NCBI RefSeq assembly: GCF_001194135.2
Contig: NC_068988.1
Location: 32,196,940 to 32,260,939, forward strand
Source of the DNA: Octopus bimaculoides
Taxonomy: Eukaryota
Reading direction: 5' to 3'
Length of the DNA: 64,000 nucleotides
Of the stretch, positions 63,794 to 64,000 are shown one piece after another; position 1 is the first letter of the stretch, and each line of letters opens with the position of its first letter. The notes beneath the pieces were generated by a model. The model saw only the letters and a program-made list of their open reading frames with translations. It ran no database searches and was not told where the DNA came from. A program made the translations under genes and the position numbers.

Positions 63794-64000
63794 TATTTGT
63801 TTCCTGATAAATTCTTGTTTATCCTAGTGTTACCTACACTTTACGTCCATAGTGTGGCTGCATACCAACCATACGAATGCCCGCTAACAACATGGGTAAC
63901 GGATACCGATAGTACATACGGATATTTTATCCCTTAGTCGGTTATTATAACCACTAACCCTGTTTACACTATATATATATGTATATATATATATATATAT

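Noticed and set aside
372-63937. Most ORFs in the supplied track (YIYI, HTHT, CVCV, poly-F/L/S/K, X-filled)
   Set aside because: They are translations of di/tri/tetranucleotide repeats or N gaps with no domain content.

Overview
AT-rich, microsatellite-saturated eukaryotic DNA with 16 N-gaps, most flanked by (TA)n. The repeat landscape (tRNA-type SINEs with internal microsatellites, R4/Dong and Penelope-like remnants, TTAGGG) suggests a mollusc, probably an Octopus-type draft assembly; this is inference. No intact, nameable host gene, rRNA, tRNA or CRISPR array is visible, and almost all ORFs in the supplied track are microsatellite or N artefacts. Well supported: eight R4/Dong non-LTR fragments (largest 52.3-54.7 kb), three Tc1/mariner relics (Tc1-like, DD37D maT, mariner), several SINEs, an interstitial TTAGGG array, a ~1.4 kb (TTC)n/pyrimidine tract, a ~440 bp complex tandem duplication and a 931 bp near-perfect palindrome with TA ends. 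Tentative and most interesting: (i) decayed receptor-like coding relics, namely two collinear tandem paralogues with LRR and TIR-like motifs (13-21 kb), a third on the minus strand (58.5-62.6 kb) and two GPCR-like relics; (ii) candidate self-cleaving RNA motifs, one HDV-like fold and three minimal hammerhead-like motifs. All protein and RNA assignments come from manual translation and pairing and need database or experimental checks.
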